From NCBI GenBank assembly GCA_964648235.1, contig CAZYKQ010000002.1, forward strand, positions 1 to 60,896: a stretch of DNA of 60,896 bases. The letters are read 5' to 3'. The number at the start of each line of letters is the position of its first letter. The first letter of the stretch is position 1. Under the pieces are notes generated by a model. That model searched no databases. It saw nothing but the letters and a program-made list of their open reading frames with translations, and had not been told where the DNA came from. Positions 8,098 through 17,727 of this stretch are shown here, in pieces. The translations under genes and the position numbers were made by a program. This stretch comes from an uncultured Christensenella sp. GTDB lineage: Bacteria; Bacillota; Clostridia; Christensenellales; Aristaeellaceae.

Positions 8098-10484
8098 TAT
8101 ATCCCCCGATCTGTGTAATGCCGAATATCCACTTTTTCATCTGAGAAAACTCGGATGATGATAGCCTGGCCGGTCTGTGTTCCCCATACTGGAATACCCA
8201 TGTTATTCAAACGCGTAAGCGCCGCGGATGCATATTGCATGCGGGAAGAGTTCGCACTCAGGAGCGCCAGTTGAGGCGATACAAGCCGCAGATATTCAGG
8301 CGATGTGCTTCCCTTTGCGCCATGATGTGCTAACTTAAGAATATGAGCGGGTACGGCCGAATACATCTCGTATTCCTGTGTCAAATCCCCTGACGACAGC
8401 AGACTTACACCACCCAAATCAACCAGCAGCGCCATGGAGTTGTGGTTTGCATCCATTCCCGGGTACATTTTACCATAAACCGGCCACAAAACATCGAAAC
8501 TAACTCTATTTCCTTCAAAACAATCACCTTGTGCGGCATAAATTGCAGGGATCCCTGCATGCTCGGCTATTTGCAATATATCAATGCTATCATCAGACCT
8601 TTTCGTTTCCTTGGCATGGGCAGGCAGTACGATTTGCTTGATATTTATCTTTTGCTCCATCAATTGTCGTAAACCACCAATGTGGTCACGATGCAGGTGA
8701 GAAATGAAAAGAATATCAATATCTCTTCCTTGACTCAAAAGGTAGGAACCGAGATCTTCCCCGTGTTCTGCCGCGTCAATTACATAGGTACTCCTGCCAT
8801 CTTCAATCACTGCCGTATCAGCACTCCCTGAACTGAAAAGCGTATAGCGTACGTGCCTCATATCAGACTGCCGGATAAAACCATTGACACCAATCAGAAT
8901 AGCTGCCAACAAAAAGATCGTCATTAATCGAAAGGAATACTTCATACACACATATCGGGTAAATAGCATAAGCATCAAAAAACACAGAACCAAGCCAATC
9001 CCGCCAATAGAGGTAACACTTATGCTGGCATATGGCAGGTTCCCAACCATCTCCGTTACCCATGTAAAACACAAACTCATCCAGCTCAGCGGCATGGCCA
9101 GCACACGCGCCAAGGGCATCCAGATTAAAGCTATCGGCATGAGTGCCAAGCCATACAGCATCAAAACACCCACAATCAGGCAGGCTAAGGGACTGAATAA
9201 TAGCCCGATCAGTGAAACTCGGTGAAAAGTATTCATAATCACAGGTACGGTAAAGACGGTCGCCGAAATAGTCGTCTGCATTGCAGCAACGATCTTATCA
9301 AGCGATCCAATCCTCCTTTTATGTTTCCACATACGATCATATAAGGATTTCAAGCGATCGCCCAGCGTAAATATCCCAAGTACTGCCAGAAAAGAAAGTT
9401 GGAAACCGATGTGAAACAAATCAAGAGGGCGAAGTAGCAAAACAACTGCCATCGCAATGGACAAGCTGGTCAAAGGATCGCTGCGCTCAAAGTATAATCG
9501 TGACCAAAGCAATATGATGCTCATCATTGCAGCGCGCAGTACAGGAGCGTCAAAGTCAAGCAGCCTGCAATACAGAACCAGAACTGCTGTAATGATTAAA
9601 AAACGCCATTTAGGCTTTACGCCGAATTTGCTTAAAATAAACAGCATTGCACTTGCCAAGATGCTGACATGGAGACCGGAGACTGACAAGACATGGGTGA
9701 TCCCTGCTTCTCGAAAATCCTGTTCAACTTCATCATTCAGGCCGCTTCGATCTCCCCACAGAAGGGCCCTGATCAGTTCGCTCCCCTCTCCGACAGTTTG
9801 ATCATACAAATCAGCAAGCCATAATCTGGCTTTCAGCCAAGGGTTTTGATGATCAGATAGTGCATACGGGTCAAACTGCAAATCTCGTGCGCCGCTGACT
9901 CCAAGAGTAATTCCTTTTTGCAGCAAGTAAAGCCTGAAGTTGAACCCTTCCGGGTTCTGCCTGCCCAGAGGATGGTAGATTGAGGCATTTATGTCTACCC
10001 GCTGTCCATCTCGTGGTAAAGCTTTCTCTTTTTCCAAATAGTATGTCCAATATGCTGCGACGCCATGATAAACAGTCCCCTGATCATCAATCATTCTCAA
10101 GTCACGCAGCACAGCCTTCACACGACCGTCCGCTTCTCTTCGTTCAGCCAGTCCTTCCACACGAGCACTGATATGGTATTTTCCCTCTGGAACAAGGGAT
10201 GGATTGACCGCATGTTGTGCGCGAATTATCCCCGAAAACAATAAGCAAAAACACACGCCAAAAAGAAGAGGCTTGCGCATAATAATAAGTGCAAGCAAAA
10301 ATAACAATGAGAATGTCATACCCAGCGCCGGAATAAGATAGTTTTCCCCTTGTCGGTACCCACCGATCAGTATCCCCAATGCAAAGCTGAGCGCAAGGCA
10401 AACCAGAGGACGCTGGGCATGAAAAGCCCGCCGATTCACAAAATGATCCGGATTCCGGGCTGGGCGGTTTCGCTGACTGGGCAC
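8097..10484 (-). CDS. comEC: DNA internalisation competence protein ComEC/Rec2 with C-terminal MBL domain
   Basis: Polytopic membrane core plus C-terminal metallo-beta-lactamase motif ISHLHRDHIGG. The longest ORF starts at GTG 10484. Alternative GTG 10439 forms a GTGA overlap with the upstream MBL gene stop. Confidence 0.9.
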   Translation of the reverse strand: MPSQRNRPARNPDHFVNRRAFHAQRPLVCLALSFALGILIGGYRQGENYLIPALGMTFSLLFLLALIIMRKPLLFGVCFCLLFSGIIRAQHAVNPSLVPEGKYHISARVEGLAERREADGRVKAVLRDLRMIDDQGTVYHGVAAYWTYYLEKEKALPRDGQRVDINASIYHPLGRQNPEGFNFRLYLLQKGITLGVSGARDLQFDPYALSDHQNPWLKARLWLADLYDQTVGEGSELIRALLWGDRSGLNDEVEQDFREAGITHVLSVSGLHVSILASAMLFILSKFGVKPKWRFLIITAVLVLYCRLLDFDAPVLRAAMMSIILLWSRLYFERSDPLTSLSIAMAVVLLLRPLDLFHIGFQLSFLAVLGIFTLGDRLKSLYDRMWKHKRRIGSLDKIVAAMQTTISATVFTVPVIMNTFHRVSLIGLLFSPLACLIVGVLMLYGLALMPIALIWMPLARVLAMPLSWMSLCFTWVTEMVGNLPYASISVTSIGGIGLVLCFLMLMLFTRYVCMKYSFRLMTIFLLAAILIGVNGFIRQSDMRHVRYTLFSSGSADTAVIEDGRSTYVIDAAEHGEDLGSYLLSQGRDIDILFISHLHRDHIGGLRQLMEQKINIKQIVLPAHAKETKRSDDSIDILQIAEHAGIPAIYAAQGDCFEGNRVSFDVLWPVYGKMYPGMDANHNSMALLVDLGGVSLLSSGDLTQEYEMYSAVPAHILKLAHHGAKGSTSPEYLRLVSPQLALLSANSSRMQYASAALTRLNNMGIPVWGTQTGQAIIIRVFSDEKVDIRHYTDRGI

Positions 10485-11140
10485 ACAGCTTTGGCTTCGC
10501 TTAACAGGCTAAGACCATCTGATCCTGGTTGAAAATGTGTCAATATCAATCTTTTTGATTGGGACGCCTGGCCCAGCTGTGCCGCCTGAGCGGCTGTCAG
10601 ATGCGGCAAATTCTCGTTCCATTCATCTGTGTGAAAGGTAGCGTCACAGATCAAGGCATCTGTTCCATGGCAAAAATCAACAATATTTTCCCAGCGGTTG
10701 GTGTCTCCGGTGTAAACCAGCGATTTTTCATTGTTGCTTAACCGAATAGCATAACATGGAACTGAGTGGCTGACTTTATGTGTTTGCACCATGAAGTCGC
10801 CGATTTCTGTCAAATCATTTATATCACGCAAGATAAACTCATTTCCCTCACAAAGATTCATCAAGGGATGTTGCTCAAGCGGCGCGTACACTATCAACTT
10901 TTTTTGGTGAATCTGGAGATAGTATCGTAATACCAGCATGTCACTGGCATGGTCGTTGTGCCAGTGTGTCAAAACCAGGGCATTCAGTTTCGCGGGATCC
11001 ATCATGGCCATCAGCTTGCTGAGAACACCACTTCCACAATCCATAAGAATCTTGGTCTCCCCCGCCATCACCAAGTATCCGCTGCACGCACCGTTTGCCG
11101 AAGGATAGGTGCCATCACAGCCTATTACAATCAATTCCAT
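10436..11140 (-). CDS. MBL-fold metallo-hydrolase (RNase Z/YhfI-like)
   Basis: THWHNDHASD motif, 234 aa soluble protein. Confidence 0.85.
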   Translation of the reverse strand: MELIVIGCDGTYPSANGACSGYLVMAGETKILMDCGSGVLSKLMAMMDPAKLNALVLTHWHNDHASDMLVLRYYLQIHQKKLIVYAPLEQHPLMNLCEGNEFILRDINDLTEIGDFMVQTHKVSHSVPCYAIRLSNNEKSLVYTGDTNRWENIVDFCHGTDALICDATFHTDEWNENLPHLTAAQAAQLGQASQSKRLILTHFQPGSDGLSLLSEAKAVCPVSETAQPGIRIIL

Positions 11141-11886
11141 GTCATTACCTCCCGTTTATAGAATAGAAGATAGATCGTTGCGATAAATATTCCAGAGCAT
11201 AAAAACACTGTTTGAGCAGAAGGCATCCTAACAAAAGATTGCATGATTATTACCAAGGAATTGTACAAAAAGTGAAAGATGATTGCAAGCCATAGATTAT
11301 GATATCTGATCGTCAGCACAGAAAGAAATATGCCAAAAACAGCTAACGATGCAATGCCCTGAAATGAAAAATGCAAAAGTGAAAAGCTGATTCCACAGAT
11401 CAGCACTGCCCATTTTTCACTAAACTTTTTTAAGAGAAACCGAAGCAATACTCCTCTAAACATCAGCTCCTCACTAATGGCTGGCACAACAGCGGCTGAA
11501 AAAAGGGCTATCATCAGCTCGTTTGCTCCGGATACGGATGGCATCCCCCCTTCTAAGGGAAATTGGAACCCTGACCATTGGAGTAAAGCAACCCAAAAAG
11601 TCGTAATCAGCACAGCGGTCAACACATATGACACAGAAGACAGTGATACCAGACCGGTGACATTGAGAGAAGGAGTAAGCAAGAGGCTCCGATACTCTTC
11701 TTTTTTTCGCAACATCAGAAGCAAAGCCGGTAAGCCAATCATCAGCAGTTCCAACAACATAGTAACCATGTATAAGCTGATGGTTGTATCAGGCCACAGA
11801 GGCGCCCTTATCCTAGCCACGATAAATCCACTAAGAGGGGAGAGAACCGCGGCTGTCAAATAAACTGCTCTGCGGCGCTTATTCAA
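11131..11886 (-). CDS. CPBP (CAAX/Abi) family intramembrane metalloprotease
   Basis: Multi-TM protein with EELMFRG, FSLLHF and HFLYN motifs. Confidence 0.85.
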   Translation of the reverse strand: MNKRRRAVYLTAAVLSPLSGFIVARIRAPLWPDTTISLYMVTMLLELLMIGLPALLLMLRKKEEYRSLLLTPSLNVTGLVSLSSVSYVLTAVLITTFWVALLQWSGFQFPLEGGMPSVSGANELMIALFSAAVVPAISEELMFRGVLLRFLLKKFSEKWAVLICGISFSLLHFSFQGIASLAVFGIFLSVLTIRYHNLWLAIIFHFLYNSLVIIMQSFVRMPSAQTVFLCSGIFIATIYLLFYKREVMTWN

Positions 11887-12679
11887 TGGTATAAAAACCG
11901 CTGGGGCGGTCGCGCCAGGTCATTTCAAGAAAGATATCCTGTCCCAGCTTCAGCCCATGATCGCTCAAAGCTTTTGAAACCGTCTGCATCGCTAGTTCAG
12001 GGGTATTGTTATCCTGGCTCAGATGGCCCAAAAGCGCGTGACTGACACCGTTGTCATAAAGCTCTATCAGAGCCGCAGCGCAGCTGTCATTGCTTAAATG
12101 CCCATGGATTCCAAGGATGCGTCGCTTGAGCGACTCAGAATAACGCTCATTGCGCTTGAGCATCTCCACATCGTGATTACTTTCCATTAATAGTAAATTA
12201 ACACCTGACAGCTGTTTGATCATCCGTTTGGTAACAGCACCAATATCTGTTACAACTGCAACACTTTTGCCACCTGCAAATAATCTGAAAGCAACAGGCT
12301 CGACAGTATCATGGGTGATCGCAATGGGCTTCACTCCCAGGTCATTGATAAAAAAATCGTTTTCCGTTTCAAAGGTACGCTGCATCCCAATCGGTAACTC
12401 ACCAACTGTTCTTGCCATCTTCATCCAGGTGCGCTCATTTGCATATACCGGTATACGATATTTACGGCTCAGAACACCCACACCCTTGATGTGATCAATG
12501 TGTTCGTGCGTAACCAGAATAGCTGATAAGCTCTCTGGCAGAACCCCAATGGTATTAAGCGCTTCCGAAATAATTTTTCCACTCAGCCCCGCGTCGACCA
12601 ATACTCGTGTATTTCCCGCCGCAATATAGGTTGCGTTTCCACTGGATCCGCTGTAAAGAGAGCAAAACTCCATTTTCAT
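11879..12679 (-). CDS. MBL-fold metallo-hydrolase (YycJ/WalJ-like)
   Basis: VTHEHIDHIKG motif. ORF extends to 12766 but that would overlap recN. ATG 12679 (MKMEFCSLYSGSSGN) is the conserved-looking N-terminus. Confidence 0.85.
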   Translation of the reverse strand: MKMEFCSLYSGSSGNATYIAAGNTRVLVDAGLSGKIISEALNTIGVLPESLSAILVTHEHIDHIKGVGVLSRKYRIPVYANERTWMKMARTVGELPIGMQRTFETENDFFINDLGVKPIAITHDTVEPVAFRLFAGGKSVAVVTDIGAVTKRMIKQLSGVNLLLMESNHDVEMLKRNERYSESLKRRILGIHGHLSNDSCAAALIELYDNGVSHALLGHLSQDNNTPELAMQTVSKALSDHGLKLGQDIFLEMTWRDRPSGFYTIE

Positions 12680-12695
12680 AAAAAAGTCCTTTGAG

Positions 12696-14402
12696 TCAAT
12701 TTGAGGATAAACGGTATTCCTCCGCTTCTTTGAGCATATGTTCTGCGTGGCGCAGGCTGCTTTCACTTTCCCGGCTATAGCCGCTGATCATACGCGAAAG
12801 CTCCATAATCCGGTCAGCTTTGATCAGTTTTTTTATTTCACTGACCGTTCTGTCTCCCAACTCCGTTTTACTCACCAGGTACTGAGTGCTTGCCATGGCT
12901 GCAATCTGTTGAAGATGCGTCACACAAAGTACTTGGCGGTATCTGGCAATATTCCACATTTTTTGTGCCACCACCTGAGCTGTGCGCCCTGAGATGCCGG
13001 TATCGATCTCATCAAAAACCATCGATGGAACGACGTTGTGTTCTGCTGAGATAGATTTTAAAGCCAGCATCAGGCGAGAAATCTCTCCTCCTGAGGCAAT
13101 TTTTACCAGAGGTTTGGCTTCTTCGCCTTTGTTAGGTGCAAGCAGCATAGTAATCTGATCATTGCCGGCTGGGCTTGCCTCATTTCTTCGGGATTGAAAC
13201 TCAATGATAAAATCCGTGCCGGGCATGTTCAAATCATTCAATTCTTGTTTCATTCTGGAAGATAAAAATCCTGCCAGACGCTTTCTGGACTGTGTCAGCA
13301 AATCAGCCTGGCTGAGGTATATATCGATAGCCTTTTGTGCTTCTGTTTCCAGTTGAAGCAAATCATCTTCAATGCTATTAAGCTGCTCAAGCTCATCTTC
13401 CGTCTGAAAAAAAGCCGCCTCCAATTTATCAATCGGTGTGCCGTATTTACGGCTCAAGCGCCTAAGAAGATCCAAACGCTCCGCCGCATGTTGCAGTGCG
13501 TCTTCGTCCGCTTCAAGGCTATCAAAAGCCTCCCTCAGTTCGATGCCGATGTCCTCTGCCTCATAGTACATCGATTCGATGCGTGCCCGGATAGTTTCAA
13601 AAGCTTCATCGTAACCCGCTATCTCTGCCATTGCCTCCATCGCCGAGCGGAGTAGCTTCAGTGCAGCGTCAGAATCTTGGCGCGTATCGTAAACTGATGA
13701 ATAAGCCGCTTGCAAAGATCGGCTGATTTTTCCGGCATTACGCAAAGTGTCAAGCAGCTTGCGTAAATGTTCCTCTTCACCAGCCTTTGGTTTGGCTGCA
13801 GATAACTCCTTGTACTTCATTTGCAGCAACTGCAGGCGTTCTTGTCTTTGCGCATTTTTTTTAAGCAAGCCGGTATATTCTTCCTTCGCTTTCTGATAGC
13901 GCCTGTAGCTCTGTGCCACCTCTCTTAACAGAGCCTGGTGAGTTTCATCCCCGAAAGCATCCAGAAACCCCAGATGGTTGCGCTCATTAAGTAAAGACTG
14001 ATGCTCATGCTGTCCATGAATATCAATCAAAGTCGCTGCAAAACTTCTCAATATGCCGAGGCTCACAGCCATACCGCTTATGCGGCAGACGCTTTTCCCC
14101 AGAGTATTCAACTCTCTTGATAAAAAAACCTGCCCCTCATCCGGCTCCATATTATTTTGTGCAAGCATCTCAAGGGCTGCTTGATTGCAGGACACATCAA
14201 AAAGACCTTCTACATAAGCCTTGTCTGTTCCGCTTCGGATCATGTCTTTATCTGCTCTGGCCCCGATCAGAAAATTGACACAATCGACGATGATAGATTT
14301 TCCCGCACCCGTTTCACCCGTCAGTACGTTGAGCCCATGGTCGAAATTAACTGTAAGCTCATCAACTAGCGCAACGTTGCGGATTAACAGTTCTTTGAGC
14401 AT
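12696..14402 (-). CDS. recN: DNA repair protein RecN
   Basis: SMC-like: Walker A GETGAGKS, long coiled coil, signature SGGEISR, Walker B VFDEIDTGISG. Follows argR as in other Firmicutes. Confidence 0.95.
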   Translation of the reverse strand: MLKELLIRNVALVDELTVNFDHGLNVLTGETGAGKSIIVDCVNFLIGARADKDMIRSGTDKAYVEGLFDVSCNQAALEMLAQNNMEPDEGQVFLSRELNTLGKSVCRISGMAVSLGILRSFAATLIDIHGQHEHQSLLNERNHLGFLDAFGDETHQALLREVAQSYRRYQKAKEEYTGLLKKNAQRQERLQLLQMKYKELSAAKPKAGEEEHLRKLLDTLRNAGKISRSLQAAYSSVYDTRQDSDAALKLLRSAMEAMAEIAGYDEAFETIRARIESMYYEAEDIGIELREAFDSLEADEDALQHAAERLDLLRRLSRKYGTPIDKLEAAFFQTEDELEQLNSIEDDLLQLETEAQKAIDIYLSQADLLTQSRKRLAGFLSSRMKQELNDLNMPGTDFIIEFQSRRNEASPAGNDQITMLLAPNKGEEAKPLVKIASGGEISRLMLALKSISAEHNVVPSMVFDEIDTGISGRTAQVVAQKMWNIARYRQVLCVTHLQQIAAMASTQYLVSKTELGDRTVSEIKKLIKADRIMELSRMISGYSRESESSLRHAEHMLKEAEEYRLSSN

Positions 14403-14411
14403 ATTGATGCC

Positions 14412-14861
14412 TTATTTAATAATTTCGTGAAATTTATCTACAATCATCGGCGCGTCAGACTCATTACGCACAACAACCATAATGGTATTGTCGCCGGACA
14501 GGGTCCCTAGAATCTCCGGCCATCGCATGCTATCGATAGCTTCACCAGCGACATTAGCACTACCCGAAAGGGTCTTGATGACGATGATATTGCCAGAATG
14601 ATTAATTGATACAACTGAGTCAACAAACATGCGGACAAAACGCTCGGAAATTCCATGCTCTGCCTGATCAGCTGTCGCATATTTATAGCCACCGGAAGGA
14701 GATAGTACTTTAAGCAGGCGAAGCTCCTTGATATCGCGCGATACAGTTGCTTGTGTGACATCAATGCCGCGCTCTTTGAGTTTTTCTGCTAACTCCTCCT
14801 GCGTTTTTATATCGTGCTGTTCAATCAGGCTTAGTATCGCCGTTTGCCGGGCACCCTTCAT
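14412..14861 (-). CDS. argR: Arginine repressor ArgR/AhrC
   Basis: 149 aa. N-terminal winged helix (TQEELAEKLKERGIDVTQATVSRDIKEL) and C-terminal oligomerisation domain (SGDNTIMVV). Confidence 0.95.
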   Translation of the reverse strand: MKGARQTAILSLIEQHDIKTQEELAEKLKERGIDVTQATVSRDIKELRLLKVLSPSGGYKYATADQAEHGISERFVRMFVDSVVSINHSGNIIVIKTLSGSANVAGEAIDSMRWPEILGTLSGDNTIMVVVRNESDAPMIVDKFHEIIK

Positions 14862-14876
14862 AATGCTACCTCCTTA

Positions 14877-15725
14877 CTATTTGCCGCTCCATTCGGCTTG
14901 CTTTGATCTCAATCGCGTATAAAAATGCTGCGGAGCAAAACGAACAAAACTAACTTTTTCTTGAGATAAGCTGACACAAACCTCAACACTCCCCGAAAGT
15001 TCAAGAGTAGTTTGTCCATCAAATAAAATCTGCTGTGTTCTGCCCGGACCGGCGGCAGATCGCATGTGTACTCGAATATGCTCATCAAAAACAATTGGAA
15101 GCTGCTGTGCCTTATGGGAACATATTGGCAGCAACACCAGATTTTTCAACGTCGGATGCAAAACAGGTCCGCCCGCGGATAGGCAATATCCGGTTGAACC
15201 TGTTGCGGAAGCGACAATCACACCATCTCCATCCGTTACGTAAACCAGCTCATCATTGGCAAAATTCTCTACGCGAATACTGGAAGGATTACCGCCTCGG
15301 CATAGAACGACATCGTTCATTACAAGATACTCTTCATTACGCCCGACAATATAAGCGCTGAGCATATGACGCTGCTCCAGCTGATAGTCATGTGTCATTA
15401 ATCGACTAACCATCAGGCTCAGATCCATATTGTCAACTTCTAACAAAAAACCGACTCGACCCATGTTGATTCCTAATACAGGAATATTTTGCCGCGCTGC
15501 CGTCGGTAAAGTCCGCAACAGTGTACCGTCGCCTCCAAGTGATATAATGCAATCTATATCCAAACTATTTAATTCTTTTAGTGAGGCACTTTGCCCAATT
15601 TTCAATTCATCGTGAAGCCATGAATCCAACACCGCTTCCTCACCGGTGGATATAATCACGTCAGCCAGCTCGCGTGCCGCGCTTATCGTCTCTGTTTTCT
15701 GGGGATTTGCGAATAAAAAAAACAT
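14877..15725 (-). CDS. nadK: NAD kinase
   Basis: GGDGTLL motif, 282 aa, nadK-argR-recN synteny. Confidence 0.95.
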   Translation of the reverse strand: MFFLFANPQKTETISAARELADVIISTGEEAVLDSWLHDELKIGQSASLKELNSLDIDCIISLGGDGTLLRTLPTAARQNIPVLGINMGRVGFLLEVDNMDLSLMVSRLMTHDYQLEQRHMLSAYIVGRNEEYLVMNDVVLCRGGNPSSIRVENFANDELVYVTDGDGVIVASATGSTGYCLSAGGPVLHPTLKNLVLLPICSHKAQQLPIVFDEHIRVHMRSAAGPGRTQQILFDGQTTLELSGSVEVCVSLSQEKVSFVRFAPQHFYTRLRSKQAEWSGK

Positions 15726-15762
15726 ATGTTCCCCATTTCCGCCCCTTCATGTAATATTAAAT

Positions 15763-15791
15763 ATGATAGCACAAATTGCATAATATCGCAA
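15763..15791 (-). promoter_or_regulatory. Putative sigma-A promoter of nadK-argR-recN (TTGCGA-17-TATCAT with TG extension)
   Basis: Minus strand reads TTGCGA TATTATGCAATTTGTGC TATCAT. TGC immediately precedes the -10, about 35 nt upstream of the nadK ATG. Confidence 0.35.
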
Positions 15792-15838
15792 TCTATGAAT
15801 AAAACCTGACGGTCAAATGTCAAGTGTCTAACCAGAGC

Positions 15839-16036
15839 CTACTGCCCTGCCGGGGCTCCTGATTCAGTCAGGATATTATACGCCTCACACTTATAATGAG
15901 GTGAACATCCATCATCATGAAGGATGTAATGGTGAAAAATCAAGTCGGCAAAGCCGCCTTCAGAAACATCTCTTACTAACTCGTAATCGAGCTTTGTTAA
16001 AAACTCTTTCGATTGTATAAACGGACAAATCCGCAT
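15839..16036 (-). CDS. Hypothetical 65-aa Cys/His-rich ORF (coding status doubtful)
   Basis: The only ORF in the 499-bp gap. Has C4, H35, H36, H40, C44, H47, C50. No recognisable Shine-Dalgarno upstream. Confidence 0.25.
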   Translation of the reverse strand: MRICPFIQSKEFLTKLDYELVRDVSEGGFADLIFHHYILHDDGCSPHYKCEAYNILTESGAPAGQ

Positions 16037-16224
16037 ATTAGTGCATAAACCAACTCAATCGAAAAAAGTATTATAATTTGAATGCCAAGAAAAAACTCTC
16101 TTATGCCTGCAATAGCCCGATCTAAGTCTGAAATATTATTTTCTAAACAGTCGGCCCGCACCATCGCACACACCGGTACATGATACAGAATATTTATCTT
16201 TTCAAAGAAGAGCCTGGAACATGC

Positions 16225-17727
16225 TCACCGGTTCTTCGTGCCACGGACAATAACTTCTTGACGTGCCTTGTACGTGCTCGTCGCCACTTTTTCCTCTGCG
16301 ACAAGATGACCGTTGATATACTTTTGCAGATATGTATCAACCACAGACCCTTCCTTGGCAGTTGTTTTCACATATTCCTCATCAGTGTAAAGCTTCCTAT
16401 CGTTAACATACTCGGGCTCAGGAGGGGGCAACAAGGTTTCTGTAGTGATCGTCTTTAACTTGTATTGCGCACCGTCAGATAAAGGCACTCCGTACATTTT
16501 GACTTCGACAACTTGCTTGCGTGAGCTGGCGCCGGGTTTGACACGGACAGAAATGTACAAATCATGGCTTGTGTTGTTTTTAAACTTAAAATCGATTTCA
16601 TAGTCCCGTGACTTATACACCGTTGCATCCAGTCCAGGATCTGTATAGAGAACCGGATCGCTATGTGTTCTGCGTTTTGAAATCTGCAGGTTGCCTAGAA
16701 GGGCAGCCTGATAGATCGTTGTACTGGTCTGGCAAACGCCGCCGCCGATACCAGTTACATATTGTCCATAAGCTTGCTCCTCAGCCGGAAGGTAACCATT
16801 TTTTTCAGTCCTATCCTGCGCAATCTGATTAAAACTGAACTCCCGACCAGGCTGCAGCACCGTTCCGCTTATTTTACTGGCAGATACAATGATGTTCTGG
16901 GTTCGGTTATATTCCGATCTGGTTGAAATCTCTGTCTGCGCCACGCTGCGCAGCTGCATATTCTTTCTCAGATCAGCTTCGGTAACTCCCGGGTAAATAA
17001 CTTCCGGTTGCAACTCAAAATTTCCAGACGTTCCGGATGCTGCAAGCTCAAGTATCTGCTGCTTGGCTGTTTCAATATCAAGATGATATCCGACCTGCTC
17101 TTTTTGTATTACAAAAGGATCAGGCAGGTTAGGATCAAAACGCAGCAACACAGCATCGCTTGGCTTTGACAAGCCTTCGATGTAGGAAGCGATGGTGCTC
17201 AGATAGTTCTCTAGCTGAGCGCTGGTAAACTCACTGTTTTGCACACTGGAAACCTGGTAGGCTTCGAGTTTCAGCCTTTCGATCGCCTCTTTCTTTTGGT
17301 AAGCATCGCCTGTATGCGTCAAATCCCATGCGTTTTTCAGCACTTGATTGATAGAATCCTCATTCACATCAAGCCCCAGGGTCTGATAATTGACAGACAC
17401 ATAAGTATGTCCCTTATAACTCAAGCCCAGGTTCCATCCGCTTACACTTTTTTGACGTTGTTCATAAACGGCATCATACGCTTCTTGCGGCGTCATTGCC
17501 GATACATTTATGCCGTCAATATGAATATTATCCGCAAACACACCCTCATAGGGCGCAATCTCCTGGGCCACACGGCTGTCACGAAGCGCCTTTATACCAA
17601 ATAAAGCAAGCAAAACAACAACCAGCAGAATCAACACCCAAGGCAAAATCCTGGCTATAAAGCTTCGCCTGTGCGGCGGCCGGTAAGGATTATTATAGTA
17701 TCTCTGCTGCTGCACGGAATTCCTCAT
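16225..17727 (-). CDS. VanW-family protein, membrane-anchored, with C-terminal G5-like domain
   Basis: N-terminal TM helix (ILPWVLILLVVVLLALFGI). VanW core GIGGGVCQTSTTIYQAALL. C-terminal about 80 aa G5-like (VKTTAKEGSVVDTYLQKYINGHLV...VIVRGTKN). Confidence 0.85.
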   Translation of the reverse strand: MRNSVQQQRYYNNPYRPPHRRSFIARILPWVLILLVVVLLALFGIKALRDSRVAQEIAPYEGVFADNIHIDGINVSAMTPQEAYDAVYEQRQKSVSGWNLGLSYKGHTYVSVNYQTLGLDVNEDSINQVLKNAWDLTHTGDAYQKKEAIERLKLEAYQVSSVQNSEFTSAQLENYLSTIASYIEGLSKPSDAVLLRFDPNLPDPFVIQKEQVGYHLDIETAKQQILELAASGTSGNFELQPEVIYPGVTEADLRKNMQLRSVAQTEISTRSEYNRTQNIIVSASKISGTVLQPGREFSFNQIAQDRTEKNGYLPAEEQAYGQYVTGIGGGVCQTSTTIYQAALLGNLQISKRRTHSDPVLYTDPGLDATVYKSRDYEIDFKFKNNTSHDLYISVRVKPGASSRKQVVEVKMYGVPLSDGAQYKLKTITTETLLPPPEPEYVNDRKLYTDEEYVKTTAKEGSVVDTYLQKYINGHLVAEEKVATSTYKARQEVIVRGTKNR

